A stretch of DNA of 64,000 nt from Polyangiaceae bacterium (GTDB taxonomy: Bacteria; Myxococcota_A; Polyangia; Polyangiales; Polyangiaceae). Both the position numbers and the translations under genes were made by a program. The stretch's first letter is position 1. Each line of letters starts with the position of its first letter. The notes beneath the pieces were generated by a model, which saw only the letters and a list, made by a program, of their open reading frames with translations, did not search any database and was not told where the DNA came from. The DNA is taken from assembly GCA_044222475.1 (NCBI GenBank), contig JBGANF010000005.1, positions 32,001 to 96,000 of the forward strand, written 5' to 3'. Below, piece after piece: positions 24,573-33,633 of this stretch.

Positions 24573-25903
24573 ACGTCCGCCGGCGAGCGCTCGCGACGCT
24601 CGGCGGCGTCGGGCTCGCGGTGTTCACCCTCTTTCGGGCGCGCGCCGCGAACCCCGCGCTCGAGGGGCCGCCCCCCATCGCCGACGAAGCGGGGCCGGTG
24701 GAGCGCGGAATCCCCGCCGGCGCGTTCGTCGCCGAGGACGAAGCCGCGCTGACTCGCGCGCTCGAAGGCGGCCCGGACGACATCTGGCTCCGCGGTCGCG
24801 TGTACCACGGGGACTTCGCGATCACGCGCAAGCTCGCGCTGCATGGCGCGACCGGCGCGACCATCGAAGGGAGCGGCACGAACACGGTGGTGGTCGTCGA
24901 AGCGGACGACGTCGTGATCGAGAACCTCGTCGTGCGTCACTCCGGCCACCGCCACACCACCGAGGACGCCGGGATCAAGGTGAGGGGCGCACGCGCGCGC
25001 GTGGCGACCGTCCGCGTCGAGGACTCCCTGTTCGGTGTCTCGCTCGGGCCGTGTTCCCATTGCGCGCTCGACCACGTGCGCGTCCAAGGCCCGGGCGCCG
25101 CGGAAGAGCTTCGCGGCGACGGCATCAAGCTGTGGGAGGCCCATGACAGCGTCGTCCGTGGGTGCGTCATGGAAGGGTCGCGTGATCTCGTCGTCTGGTA
25201 CTCGCGCCGCGTCGAGCTCGACCACAACATCGTGCGCGGCGGGCGCTACGGCTCGCATCTGATGTATGCCAACGACGCGTACATTCACGACAGCGACATC
25301 CGGAACAACGTCGTCGGGATCTTCGTGATGTACAGCGAGCAGGTCCGCGTGGAGGGCAACGTGCTCGCCGGGGCTCGGGGACCCGCCGGCGTCGGCATCG
25401 GCTTCAAGGAGAGCGACGGCGTGAAGCTCGCAAAGAATTGGATCGTGGGCAACACCGTCGGACTCTACCTCGACAGGTCGCCACGCGCGCCGACCAACCC
25501 GGTGGTGTTCGACGGCAACGTCGTAGCGCTCAACGACGTCGGGTTCCGCTTTCACAGCTCGGAGGAGGGTCTTCGCTTCGTCCACAACGACGTCCGCGAG
25601 AACGTCACCATCGCCGAGGTCGAAGGCGGCGGCGATGCGCTCGGGGTCACGTTCGAAGGGAATCACTGGTCGGACTATGCCGGCTACGATCTCGACGGCG
25701 ACGGTCGCGGTGACGTCCCGTTCGAGGTCAAACAGCTGTCGGGCGAGCTCACCGATGCGCACCCGTCGCTCATGTACTTTCGAGGGACGGCAGCGATGTC
25801 GCTCATCGACGCGATCGCGCAGGCGGTCCCGGTGCTGGCGACCCACCAGATGCTCATCGACCGGTCTCCCGCAATGACCGGAGTGGAGGAGGGACGACGA
25901 TGA
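24569..25903 (+). CDS. nosD: Nitrous-oxide reductase maturation protein NosD
   Basis: Beta-helix repeats, RYGSHLMY, GIFVMYS, GNHWSDYAGYDLDGDGRGDVP; GTGA overlap. Confidence 0.92.
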   Translation: MNVRRRALATLGGVGLAVFTLFRARAANPALEGPPPIADEAGPVERGIPAGAFVAEDEAALTRALEGGPDDIWLRGRVYHGDFAITRKLALHGATGATIEGSGTNTVVVVEADDVVIENLVVRHSGHRHTTEDAGIKVRGARARVATVRVEDSLFGVSLGPCSHCALDHVRVQGPGAAEELRGDGIKLWEAHDSVVRGCVMEGSRDLVVWYSRRVELDHNIVRGGRYGSHLMYANDAYIHDSDIRNNVVGIFVMYSEQVRVEGNVLAGARGPAGVGIGFKESDGVKLAKNWIVGNTVGLYLDRSPRAPTNPVVFDGNVVALNDVGFRFHSSEEGLRFVHNDVRENVTIAEVEGGGDALGVTFEGNHWSDYAGYDLDGDGRGDVPFEVKQLSGELTDAHPSLMYFRGTAAMSLIDAIAQAVPVLATHQMLIDRSPAMTGVEEGRR

Positions 25904-26604
25904 TCGAGATCCAACACGTCTCGAAGAAGTTCGGTCCCGTCGTCGCCCTCCGCGACGTCTCGCTCCACATCGCCGCCGGCGAGCGGGTCGCGTTCGTGGG
26001 AGCCAACGGCTCGGGGAAGACGACCCTGCTCCGCGCCATCCTCTCGCTGGTCCGCGTCGAAGGCGTCGTCACCGTGCGCGGCGTCGACGTGGCCCTGCGT
26101 CCGGAGATCGCGCTGCGGAGCATCGCGTACGTGCCGCAGATCGCGCCGCCGATCGAGGCGCCGGTGGGCGAGGTCGTACGTGCGGTCTGCACGCTTCGCG
26201 AGATCGCCCCCGAGGTCCCCCTCGCCATCGCGAAGGAGCTCGCGCTCGACGTGGAGGCCTGCATGCGCTCCCGCTTCCGCGACCTTTCCGGAGGCATGAA
26301 GCAGAAGCTCCTCGTCGCCCTCGCCCTCGCCGCGCCGGCCGAGATCCTGGTGTGCGACGAACCGACCGCGAACCTCGATCCCGAAGCGCGGGCGACGTTC
26401 ATCGCCAAGCTCGCCGCCCGACCCGAAGACCACGTGACCCTCCTTTGCTCGCACCGCAGCGAAGACGTCGAGGAGCTCGTCGACCGCGTCATCGAGTTCC
26501 GCGACGGAAAGGTTCTGCGCGACGAACGTCGCAAGCGGCCGACTACGGAAGAGAAGAAGCCGGCGGTGAAAGGATCGGAGCCACGGCTCCGACTGCTGTC
26601 ATGA
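25900..26604 (+). CDS. nosF: ABC ATPase NosF
   Basis: Walker A GANGSGKT, LSGGMKQK, Walker B VCDEPT; position in the nos operon. Confidence 0.9.
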   Translation: MIEIQHVSKKFGPVVALRDVSLHIAAGERVAFVGANGSGKTTLLRAILSLVRVEGVVTVRGVDVALRPEIALRSIAYVPQIAPPIEAPVGEVVRAVCTLREIAPEVPLAIAKELALDVEACMRSRFRDLSGGMKQKLLVALALAAPAEILVCDEPTANLDPEARATFIAKLAARPEDHVTLLCSHRSEDVEELVDRVIEFRDGKVLRDERRKRPTTEEKKPAVKGSEPRLRLLS

Positions 26605-27005
26605 TGCGCTTCCTGCTCGCCCTCGCCTTTGCGCTCGCGGTCGTCGTCGCGTGCGACGACGCCTCGGCGCCGAAGGATCCGGTCTGGGGCAAGCAAGCGT
26701 GCGGCAGCTGCGCGATGCTCGTGAGCGATCCGCACTACGCCGCTCAGCTCGCCACGACCGACGGCACGAGAGTCTACTTCGACGACCCCGGATGCATGGC
26801 TGCGTACATCGACGAGCGCCACCCGAGCGTCCGCGCCATCTGGGTCAAGGACGACGCGGGTCACTGGGTCGACGCGAAGACTGCGCGATTCACCCGCGGC
26901 GCACAGTCTCCGATGGACTACGGCTTCGCCGCCCAGACCGCCGGTACGGCGAGCTGGGCCGATGTCGAAGCCGAAGCGAAGAAGCGGAAAGAAGGTGCAC
27001 GATGA
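26601..27005 (+). CDS. nosL: NosL copper chaperone lipoprotein
   Basis: Lipobox VVA-C; CGSCAM, FDDPGCM, SPM motifs. Confidence 0.85.
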   Translation: MMRFLLALAFALAVVVACDDASAPKDPVWGKQACGSCAMLVSDPHYAAQLATTDGTRVYFDDPGCMAAYIDERHPSVRAIWVKDDAGHWVDAKTARFTRGAQSPMDYGFAAQTAGTASWADVEAEAKKRKEGAR

Positions 27006-27844
27006 CCCTCGGATCCAGACCGTTCCATGCGCTGCTTCGCCTCGAGGTCGCCGACGCGCTGCGATCGCGTTGGGTCACGTTCACCGCGACGGCGTACGTC
27101 CTCGTCTTCGGCGCGTTCCTGTGGCTCGGGCTGCGCGAGTCGTCGATCCTCGGGTTCACCGGGCTCTCGCGGGTCGTCCTCAACGTGTCGAACGCGGTGG
27201 TCCTCGTGCTCCCGCTCGTCGCCCTCGTGTCGACCGGTCAATCCGTCGTGCGATCGCGCACGACCGGGTTCTTCGAGCTCGTGCTCACCCAGCCGTGCAA
27301 GCGCACCGACTGGCTCGCGGCCGCCGTGGTCGCGCGGCTCCTCGTCATCGTCGGCCCCTTGTTCGTACTCCTCCTCGGAGTCCTCGTCGCCGGCGCGATC
27401 GGTGGCGAAGAACCGATGCTCGCGCTCGTGGCCCGCACGATGCTCGTCGCGTTCGCGCTGAGCTTCGCGTACGTCGGCCTCGGCTTCTACCTCTCGTCGA
27501 TCGCGCGCACTCCCGAGCGAGCGACGGTGTACGTCCTCCTCGCGTGGCTCCTCGGGAGCGCACTGCACGACTTCGCCTTGATCGGCGTCCTCCTCAAGTT
27601 CCGCCTGTCGCCTCAGGTCGTGTTCGGCCTCGCAGCCTTGAACCCGGTCGAGTCGGCCAGGCTCGCCATCCTGTCGGGCGTGGACCCGGAGCTCTCGGTG
27701 CTCGGCCCCGTCGGGTTCTGGCTCGCCAACACCATGGGCCCGAAGGCCGCCCTCGGCGTCGGTGTCGGGTGGCCGCTCGCGCTGGGGTGCCTCGCGCTCC
27801 TCGGCGCGACGCGGAGGCTCGAGAAGGACGATCTCGTGGGGTGA
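27002..27844 (+). CDS. nosY: ABC permease NosY
   Basis: About 6 TM helices, ELVLTQP and LNPVE..R motifs; ATGA overlap. Confidence 0.88.
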   Translation: MTLGSRPFHALLRLEVADALRSRWVTFTATAYVLVFGAFLWLGLRESSILGFTGLSRVVLNVSNAVVLVLPLVALVSTGQSVVRSRTTGFFELVLTQPCKRTDWLAAAVVARLLVIVGPLFVLLLGVLVAGAIGGEEPMLALVARTMLVAFALSFAYVGLGFYLSSIARTPERATVYVLLAWLLGSALHDFALIGVLLKFRLSPQVVFGLAALNPVESARLAILSGVDPELSVLGPVGFWLANTMGPKAALGVGVGWPLALGCLALLGATRRLEKDDLVG

Positions 27845-27857
27845 TGACATCCGTCAT
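27844..27857. promoter_or_regulatory. CRP/FNR-type box 3 (ATGAC-ATCC-GTCAT), cytochrome c promoter
   Basis: Arms GATGAC/GTCATC; -10-like CATCGT at 27880-27885 places the centre at -41.5. Confidence 0.8.
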
Positions 27858-27906
27858 CGCGCTGGCGCGCGGCAGGCGGCATCGTTTCCAAAAGGAAGAG
27901 GTTCCC

Positions 27907-28329
27907 ATGAAGCTCGTACATCTCGCAGCCCTCGTCGTGGGCGCATCTCTCGCCGTCGTGGCGTGCAACAACCAGGGCTCCGGCTCCTCGGGCGCCGGGA
28001 CGGGCACGACCGCCACGGCCGCTGCGACCGCCGCCGGAGGCGGAGGTGCCGTCGACGGCAAGGAGATCTTCAAGACCCGCTGCGCGCCCTGCCACGGCGA
28101 GAGCGGCAAGGGCGACGGGCCGGGAGCTGCCGCCCTCACCCCGAAGCCGCGCGACTACACCAACGCCGCGTGGCAAGACAGCGTCAAGGACGAAGACATC
28201 AAGAAGACGATCCTCTACGGCGGTGCCGCGGTCGGCAAGAGCGCCGCGATGCCGGCCAGCCCCGATCTCGAGGGCAAGCCCGATCTCGACGCGCTCGTGA
28301 AATACGTCCGGTCGTTCAAGGGGAAGTGA
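27907..28329 (+). CDS. Monoheme cytochrome c lipoprotein, likely NosZ electron donor
   Basis: Lipobox VVA-C, CAPCH, GDGP..PRDYT, axial Met in AMP. Confidence 0.9.
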   Translation: MKLVHLAALVVGASLAVVACNNQGSGSSGAGTGTTATAAATAAGGGGAVDGKEIFKTRCAPCHGESGKGDGPGAAALTPKPRDYTNAAWQDSVKDEDIKKTILYGGAAVGKSAAMPASPDLEGKPDLDALVKYVRSFKGK

Positions 28330-28330
28330 C

Positions 28331-28828
28331 GTGGACGCCGGGGGGCGGATCGACCTGCAGCACGCGACGCTCGGTGCGCTCGTCGACCACATCGAAGGGT
28401 TCCACCACGCGCTGGCGCGCGAGGAGATCGCGCGCCTCGGCCCCATGATGGATGGCGTTCGGGGGACCGAGCTCGTCCGCCTTGCGCACACGTTCGACGT
28501 CATCGCCGGGCATCTCCTCTCGCACATGCGCAAGGAGGAGATGCTCGTCTTTCCGGTCGTTCGCGACCTCGAGCGCGGGACGCGCGCGCCGTTCGCGAGG
28601 CTCGCTCCGCTCCTCGGGGCGATGCGGGAAGAACACGAGGCCATGACCGAGCTCTTCGGCGAGCTGCGCGCGTTCACCGGATGCTACGCGGGCGCCGACG
28701 CCCCGACCGACGCGGGCGCGGTGCTCGCCGCGCTGCGTGCTTTCGACGAGAACCTCGATCGTCACGTGCTCATCGAGGACGAGATCCTCTTCCCGCGTGC
28801 GCGGGCAATCGACCTCACCGCGGAGTGA
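28331..28828 (+). CDS. Hemerythrin/RIC (ScdA/YtfE-like) di-iron protein
   Basis: LVDHIEGFHH, HMRKEEMLVFP, MREEH, HVLIEDEILFPRA. Confidence 0.85.
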   Translation: MDAGGRIDLQHATLGALVDHIEGFHHALAREEIARLGPMMDGVRGTELVRLAHTFDVIAGHLLSHMRKEEMLVFPVVRDLERGTRAPFARLAPLLGAMREEHEAMTELFGELRAFTGCYAGADAPTDAGAVLAALRAFDENLDRHVLIEDEILFPRARAIDLTAE

Positions 28829-28831
28829 CCG

Positions 28832-29374
28832 TCACGACGGGAGCGACGCGCTGCGCCGCCGGCGCATGTCGGCGAGTACCAGCGCCTGGGTGGCCGCCGG
28901 AAGCGACTCGACGCGCGGGAACAGGTGCTCCTCCTCGCGCGCGTGGTGGAGCTCGAAGACCGCGACCAGGCGCCGCGTCGCGGCCGCGAGCTCCGGCCGC
29001 AGACCGTCGAGCGCCTTCGGGTCTTCACACAGCCTCCGCCAGAGCGGATCGAGCTCGCCGATGATGACCTTCAGGAGAGCGTGCTCGTTCGCGATCATCT
29101 TCAGGTGCTCGTCGAGCGACTCGTCGCGTGGCAGCACGGGGATGACGGTCGAGACCTCGTCGTTCTCGTGGACCGGAAGCACGTCCGCGAAGTACCCGCG
29201 CAGGTCGGACGCGACGTCGGTGACGAAAGACGCCGGAGAGGACCTCCAATCCACCGTGACGAGGTCCTCTGCCGCCCGCAGGTGCAGCCGTGTGTGGTCG
29301 TGGCATCCGCGCAAGACAGCCCCAGGCGTCGCCCCGTCGTACAGCTGCGGTGGAATGCGATGGAGCAGGCCCAT
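28832..29374 (-). CDS. Hemerythrin-domain protein
   Basis: CH..YF...HENDE..EH..HHAREEEHLFP. Confidence 0.75.
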   Translation of the reverse strand: MGLLHRIPPQLYDGATPGAVLRGCHDHTRLHLRAAEDLVTVDWRSSPASFVTDVASDLRGYFADVLPVHENDEVSTVIPVLPRDESLDEHLKMIANEHALLKVIIGELDPLWRRLCEDPKALDGLRPELAAATRRLVAVFELHHAREEEHLFPRVESLPAATQALVLADMRRRRSASLPS

Positions 29375-29405
29375 GCAAGTTATGCGCGTGGAACGGTTTT
29401 TTGCG

Positions 29406-30122
29406 TCAGTCCGGGGAGCTCGCGGATTCGAGCGCCGAGATGCTCCGGATTCGGAAGCCTTCGGCCGTCGTGTCGACCAGGCCGGCCTTCTGCCAGCGGC
29501 TCATCACCCGGATCGTGGTCTCGACCGTGGTACCGACGAGGCACGCAAGCTCCGTTCGAGAGAGCACCACCGGGATGCCGGTGAACCCGTCCTCGAGCTC
29601 GTCCCCGAAACGGTTCGCCAGGTGCGTCAGCAGCGCGACCAAGCGCCTTTCGACCGACCCCGAGGCGAGGATGTGGATCTTTCCGCGCAGCGCCGTGGAG
29701 TGCTCCACGAGCGAGCGATTGAGCGCCATTCCGACGGACGGATGACGCTGCATCGCCTCGAGAACCGCGCGCCTCTCGACGCGAAGAACGTCGACCGTGT
29801 CGCTGATCGCCTGAGCGTCGGCCGGGTAGTTGCTGTCGGAGATCACCGCCATGTCGCCGAGGCTCTCGCGCGGTCCGAACAAGCCGACGATCGTCGATTG
29901 GCCGTCGCGAACGGGCTGGCAGACCTTCACCAGCCCCGAAGCGATGACGGTGAGCGCCGTCGGGTGCTCCCCGGCGTGCCAGAGGAAATCGCCCCGCGCA
30001 AAGCGTGCGCGATGGGTCGCGCGCGAAAAGTCGGCGAGGAGTGCTTCGTCGAGGCCGCCAAACAGCCGAGAAGCGCGCAGCGTGGGGAGCACCGGAGCGT
30101 TGGATGCGGTGAGCATGCCCAT
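29406..30122 (-). CDS. CRP/FNR family regulator (DNR-like, no FNR Cys cluster)
   Basis: cNMP-like domain (SGLVKV, GLFGPRESLGD) and HTH LSRTELACLVGTTVETTIRVMSRW. Confidence 0.92.
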   Translation of the reverse strand: MGMLTASNAPVLPTLRASRLFGGLDEALLADFSRATHRARFARGDFLWHAGEHPTALTVIASGLVKVCQPVRDGQSTIVGLFGPRESLGDMAVISDSNYPADAQAISDTVDVLRVERRAVLEAMQRHPSVGMALNRSLVEHSTALRGKIHILASGSVERRLVALLTHLANRFGDELEDGFTGIPVVLSRTELACLVGTTVETTIRVMSRWQKAGLVDTTAEGFRIRSISALESASSPD

Positions 30123-30151
30123 CGCTAGAGCATCTTCCGTGCCGCGGTCGC

Positions 30152-31207
30152 TCAGCCATGACTCACCGCCGTGCGCAGCCGCCGCATCGCCATCATGGCG
30201 GGAAAGAGCGCAATCCCGACGACCGACACGAGGCCACCGGCGCTCCGCGCTTCGGCGCTGCCGAGGAGATCTCCGAAAACGCGCACCGCGAGCCCACCGT
30301 GCAGGAGCGCGAGCGGGACGTAGAGATCGGGCGCGTACGCGAAGGGAACGCCGGTGAGCTTGGGGAAGACCCGCGGCGCGTGCGCGAAGATCATCGAGAA
30401 CGCCATGCCGAGAAACACGGCGTGCGCAGCGGCGTCGTACGTTGGACCCACCTCGGCGAAGCCGAAGCCGACGAGGATCAGCCCCGACGAGGCGAGCCAG
30501 AAGTACGCCGAGACCATCGCGACGGTTTCGTAACCGGCGAGCCCGCGCCAGTCGGGTCGCGCCGAAGCGACGTCGTGACGAAAGAACCAGGCGGCGAGCG
30601 CGACGAGCGCGAGACCCCGAGAGCGCGCCCCCAGATCCGGAAACCAAGTGACTGCGGCCGAGCTCAGGACGAGACACGCCACCGCGAGTCGCAACGTCCA
30701 CGAACGCGCCGACCGCGGAGCACGCAAAGCGATGGGGTCGACGCGCTCGTCGAGGATCACGAGGACGAGAAACGCAGTCCACGTCGGGACCGCCGTCGCG
30801 ATCCGCTGCGACGCGAGAAACGAGACGCCCGCTGCCACCCAGCACGAGGCGGCGGCAACGGTGATCCAGCCCTTCGAGGCGCGAACCCCAATCACGACGA
30901 AGACGACGGAGGCCGCGAGGCCCAGGACCGCCGAGGCCGACGCCGAGATCAGGGCACCAAAGGCGGCGGCCGCGCTCAGGGCGGGGAGCGCGTAGACCCA
31001 GCGGCCGAGGCGCTCGTTCTTCACCGCGGTCTCGAGGCCGATCACGGTCGAGAAGAAGCCGAGGCTCATCAGCGCGCCGTGCGCCGAGCCGATCCGTGCG
31101 GCACCGGCCGAGCCGAGCCAACCCATGCGCGCGAGACCGCCGGTGAGCCCGAGGACCAGGCTCGCCAGGGCGACGACGAACAAGGGTGGACGCATCGAGA
31201 CGGTCAC
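30152..31207 (-). CDS. NnrS-like polytopic membrane protein
   Basis: About 12 TM helices with conserved-looking His motifs HGALMSLGF..LE, HAVFLG..FSMIFAHAP, ALLH (alternative start ATG 31195). Confidence 0.65.
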   Translation of the reverse strand: MTVSMRPPLFVVALASLVLGLTGGLARMGWLGSAGAARIGSAHGALMSLGFFSTVIGLETAVKNERLGRWVYALPALSAAAAFGALISASASAVLGLAASVVFVVIGVRASKGWITVAAASCWVAAGVSFLASQRIATAVPTWTAFLVLVILDERVDPIALRAPRSARSWTLRLAVACLVLSSAAVTWFPDLGARSRGLALVALAAWFFRHDVASARPDWRGLAGYETVAMVSAYFWLASSGLILVGFGFAEVGPTYDAAAHAVFLGMAFSMIFAHAPRVFPKLTGVPFAYAPDLYVPLALLHGGLAVRVFGDLLGSAEARSAGGLVSVVGIALFPAMMAMRRLRTAVSHG

Positions 31208-31242
31208 CGGAGGTACGATGCGGGTAGCCCATGCGGGAGGCG

Positions 31243-31256
31243 ATGACCGATGTCAT
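31243..31256. promoter_or_regulatory. CRP/FNR-type box 4 (ATGAC-CGAT-GTCAT), bidirectional
   Basis: -10-like CAGGCT (+, 31279-31284) and CATCGT (-, 31220-31215), both at -41.5 geometry. Confidence 0.8.
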
Positions 31257-31290
31257 GCCCAACGCTGCGGCAGAGAGCCAGGCTACGTTC

Positions 31291-32415
31291 GTGCTCCGAG
31301 CAGACCGACAGGCGACTCCGATCGACCACCACCCGCTCCTCGCGATCTGGGAGCTCACCCAGGCCTGCGACCTCGCGTGCGTGCACTGCCGTGCGTCCGC
31401 CGTGGCCGATCGCGATCCGCTCGAGCTCTCCACCGCCGAAGGCAAGCGCCTCCTCGACTCGATCCGCGCCATGGGGACTCCGCTGATGATCCTGACGGGC
31501 GGCGACCCGGCGAAGCGCGACGATCTCGTCGAGTTCGTCCGCCACGGTGCCTCGATCGGGCTGATCATGGCGGTGACGCCCTCGGGCACCGGGCTCATGA
31601 CGAAGGCACTCCTCGCCGAGCTCGCCGCGGCCGGCATGGCGCGAGTGGCAGTCTCGATCGACGGTCCCGACGCCGCGACCCACGATGCGTTCCGCCGCGT
31701 CGATGGGAGCTTCGACCACTGCCTCCGCATCCTCGAGGACGCGCGCGCGCTCGGGATCGAACGCCAGGTGAACACCACCCTCGGCCCCCACAATTTCCGG
31801 GCGATCGCGCCGATGGCCGAGCTCGTGGGTCGCAGCGGCGCCGTCTTGTGGAGCGTCTTCTCCGTCGTCCCGATGGGCCGGGCGGACGAGGGACTGATGC
31901 TCACGGCCGACGAGCTCGAACACGCGCTCGGCGAGCTGGCCGACGTGGCGCTCTCGGCGACGTTCGACGTGAAGACCACCGCCGCTCCGCACTTCCGCCG
32001 GATCTTGCTCGAGCGCAAAGCCAAGGGGCACCCGCTCGGCGTGCTGTCCGACGTCGACGAAGACGGCACGGTGAAAGGTCCGCGCGGCGTGAACGACGGC
32101 GTCGGGATGATGTTCATCTCGCACCACGGCGAGGTGTTCCCCAGCGGCTTCCTCCCGGTCTCGGTCGGCAACGTGCGACGCGGCAGTCTCGCCATGATGT
32201 ATCGCGACAGCACGCTCTTCCGGGCGCTGCGCGAGGTCGGGCCCACCCGGGGCAAGTGCGCCGTGTGCCCGTTCGTCCGCGTGTGCGGCGGGTCGCGGGC
32301 GCGCGCGTACATCATGGACGGTGGCGTGGACGGATCCGATCCGGCCTGCGCCTACGTTCCGAAGGGCTACCCGGGTTTGCCGTCGACCCGAGGCGACACC
32401 AACACCGGGAAGTAG
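31291..32415 (+). CDS. Radical SAM/SPASM protein, NirJ/AhbD-like (resembles the TIGR04053 family)
   Basis: WELTQACDLACVHCRA, LTGGDP, PSGFLP, GKCAVCPFVRVCGGSRARAY..DPAC; start placed at GTG 31291 because the upstream ATGs at 31243/31255 fall within box 4 and ATG 31231 precedes it. Confidence 0.8.
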   Translation: MLRADRQATPIDHHPLLAIWELTQACDLACVHCRASAVADRDPLELSTAEGKRLLDSIRAMGTPLMILTGGDPAKRDDLVEFVRHGASIGLIMAVTPSGTGLMTKALLAELAAAGMARVAVSIDGPDAATHDAFRRVDGSFDHCLRILEDARALGIERQVNTTLGPHNFRAIAPMAELVGRSGAVLWSVFSVVPMGRADEGLMLTADELEHALGELADVALSATFDVKTTAAPHFRRILLERKAKGHPLGVLSDVDEDGTVKGPRGVNDGVGMMFISHHGEVFPSGFLPVSVGNVRRGSLAMMYRDSTLFRALREVGPTRGKCAVCPFVRVCGGSRARAYIMDGGVDGSDPACAYVPKGYPGLPSTRGDTNTGK

Positions 32416-33551
32416 ACCGCGACGAAGGTCCCGAAGGCCATCGTCCACAGCGCCCCGGCGACGACGAGCACCCACACGTACCCATTGGGTACGACGATGG
32501 GCCCGCCGGCACGAACGAGCGCGGCCAAGGCGACCAGCGCGTACGCGAACGTGATGGGTCGCGCCACGGTGAGCATGCGGCCCGTGTGCCCGAGGCTGAC
32601 CCGCGACATCATCCCGAGAATCAGCGTTCCGATCGCCCCGACGGTGAGCGCGTGGGTCGGCGCGCTCGCCGGCAGCGACGGGACGAACGTCGCGACACCG
32701 CGGAGCACGAGCCCGATCGCGATCCACGCGTAGCCGACGTGGAGCACCCAAAGAATGGGCGATCGACGCGTCGCCCACGACCTCCACCCCAGGAGGCGCG
32801 CGCCGTGGAGGACACCCGCGACGATCGACGCGATCGCGAGCGCCCAGGACCCGTCGAAGACGGCGCCGAGCAACGCGACGGCCCCCATCGACACGAGCGC
32901 AGCTCGGTCGAGGAGCTTGCGGGACGGGACCTCGATCCGCAGGCCGTTGGCGGTGAACGACGGGATGACCCGCCCACCGATCACCACGACGATGACGAGG
33001 ATGACGTCGATCGCGATCCGAGGAGCGCGCACCGCGACGGTTCCCGAACCGAAGTGGTACGCCACGTTGGCAGCGAACAACGACAGCAGCAGCGGCACGA
33101 ACGCGAGGTTGCGCCAATTCTTCGAGGCGACGATGGGGCGGGCGATCGCCAGCGCGAGCGCCGGAAGGAAGGCGCAGTCGACGGCGGCGACGAGCCCGTG
33201 AGGGATGGTCCCGTCGAACGCCACGAACAGCCGGGCCGCCGCCCACAGCGCGGCCAGCCCCGCCAGGCTCGGACCGGTCGGCGTCGGACGGCTCGTCCAG
33301 TTGCGCACGGCCGTGAGAAGAAACCCGGCCACGATCGCCACGACGAAGCCGAAGACCATCTCGTGCGCGTGCCAGCTGGCCGGGAGGGCCGTCGTCGGCA
33401 ACGTCACCCGCCCGCCCCACACCAAGAGCCAGAGCGGGATCGCGAGGGCAGCAAAGGCACCGCCGAGCAAGAAGAACGGGCGAAATCCCAGGCGAAAGAA
33501 GGCCACGGAGCGGTCGGTCTCGGTCGTCGGACGCCTCAGGTCGATCAGCAC
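32367..33551 (-). CDS. nnrS: NnrS family protein
   Basis: GFRPFFL, WHAHEMVFGF..GFLLTAVRNWT, IGGRVIPSFT, HALTVG, RVSLGHTGR, PRVDGKPG; start GTG 33551. Confidence 0.92.
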   Translation of the reverse strand: MLIDLRRPTTETDRSVAFFRLGFRPFFLLGGAFAALAIPLWLLVWGGRVTLPTTALPASWHAHEMVFGFVVAIVAGFLLTAVRNWTSRPTPTGPSLAGLAALWAAARLFVAFDGTIPHGLVAAVDCAFLPALALAIARPIVASKNWRNLAFVPLLLSLFAANVAYHFGSGTVAVRAPRIAIDVILVIVVVIGGRVIPSFTANGLRIEVPSRKLLDRAALVSMGAVALLGAVFDGSWALAIASIVAGVLHGARLLGWRSWATRRSPILWVLHVGYAWIAIGLVLRGVATFVPSLPASAPTHALTVGAIGTLILGMMSRVSLGHTGRMLTVARPITFAYALVALAALVRAGGPIVVPNGYVWVLVVAGALWTMAFGTFVAVYFPVLVSPRVDGKPG

Positions 33552-33585
33552 ACCCTCGTCGTAGGCCGATTGTGTCGGGGAGGCC

Positions 33586-33599
33586 CTGACATCCGTCAT
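33586..33599. promoter_or_regulatory. CRP/FNR-type box 5 (CTGAC-ATCC-GTCAT), bidirectional
   Basis: Centre 33592.5 lies 41.5 bp from both GTG 33551 (-) and ATG 33634 (+); -10 TACGGT at 33622-33627. Confidence 0.85.
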
Positions 33600-33633
33600 C
33601 GCCGCCTCTCCGAGACCGCCATACGGTCAAGGC

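Noticed and set aside
28826..28834. TGACCGTCA palindrome as an eighth regulatory box
   Set aside because: Spacer is 1 bp rather than 4; it is formed by two convergent TGA stop codons.
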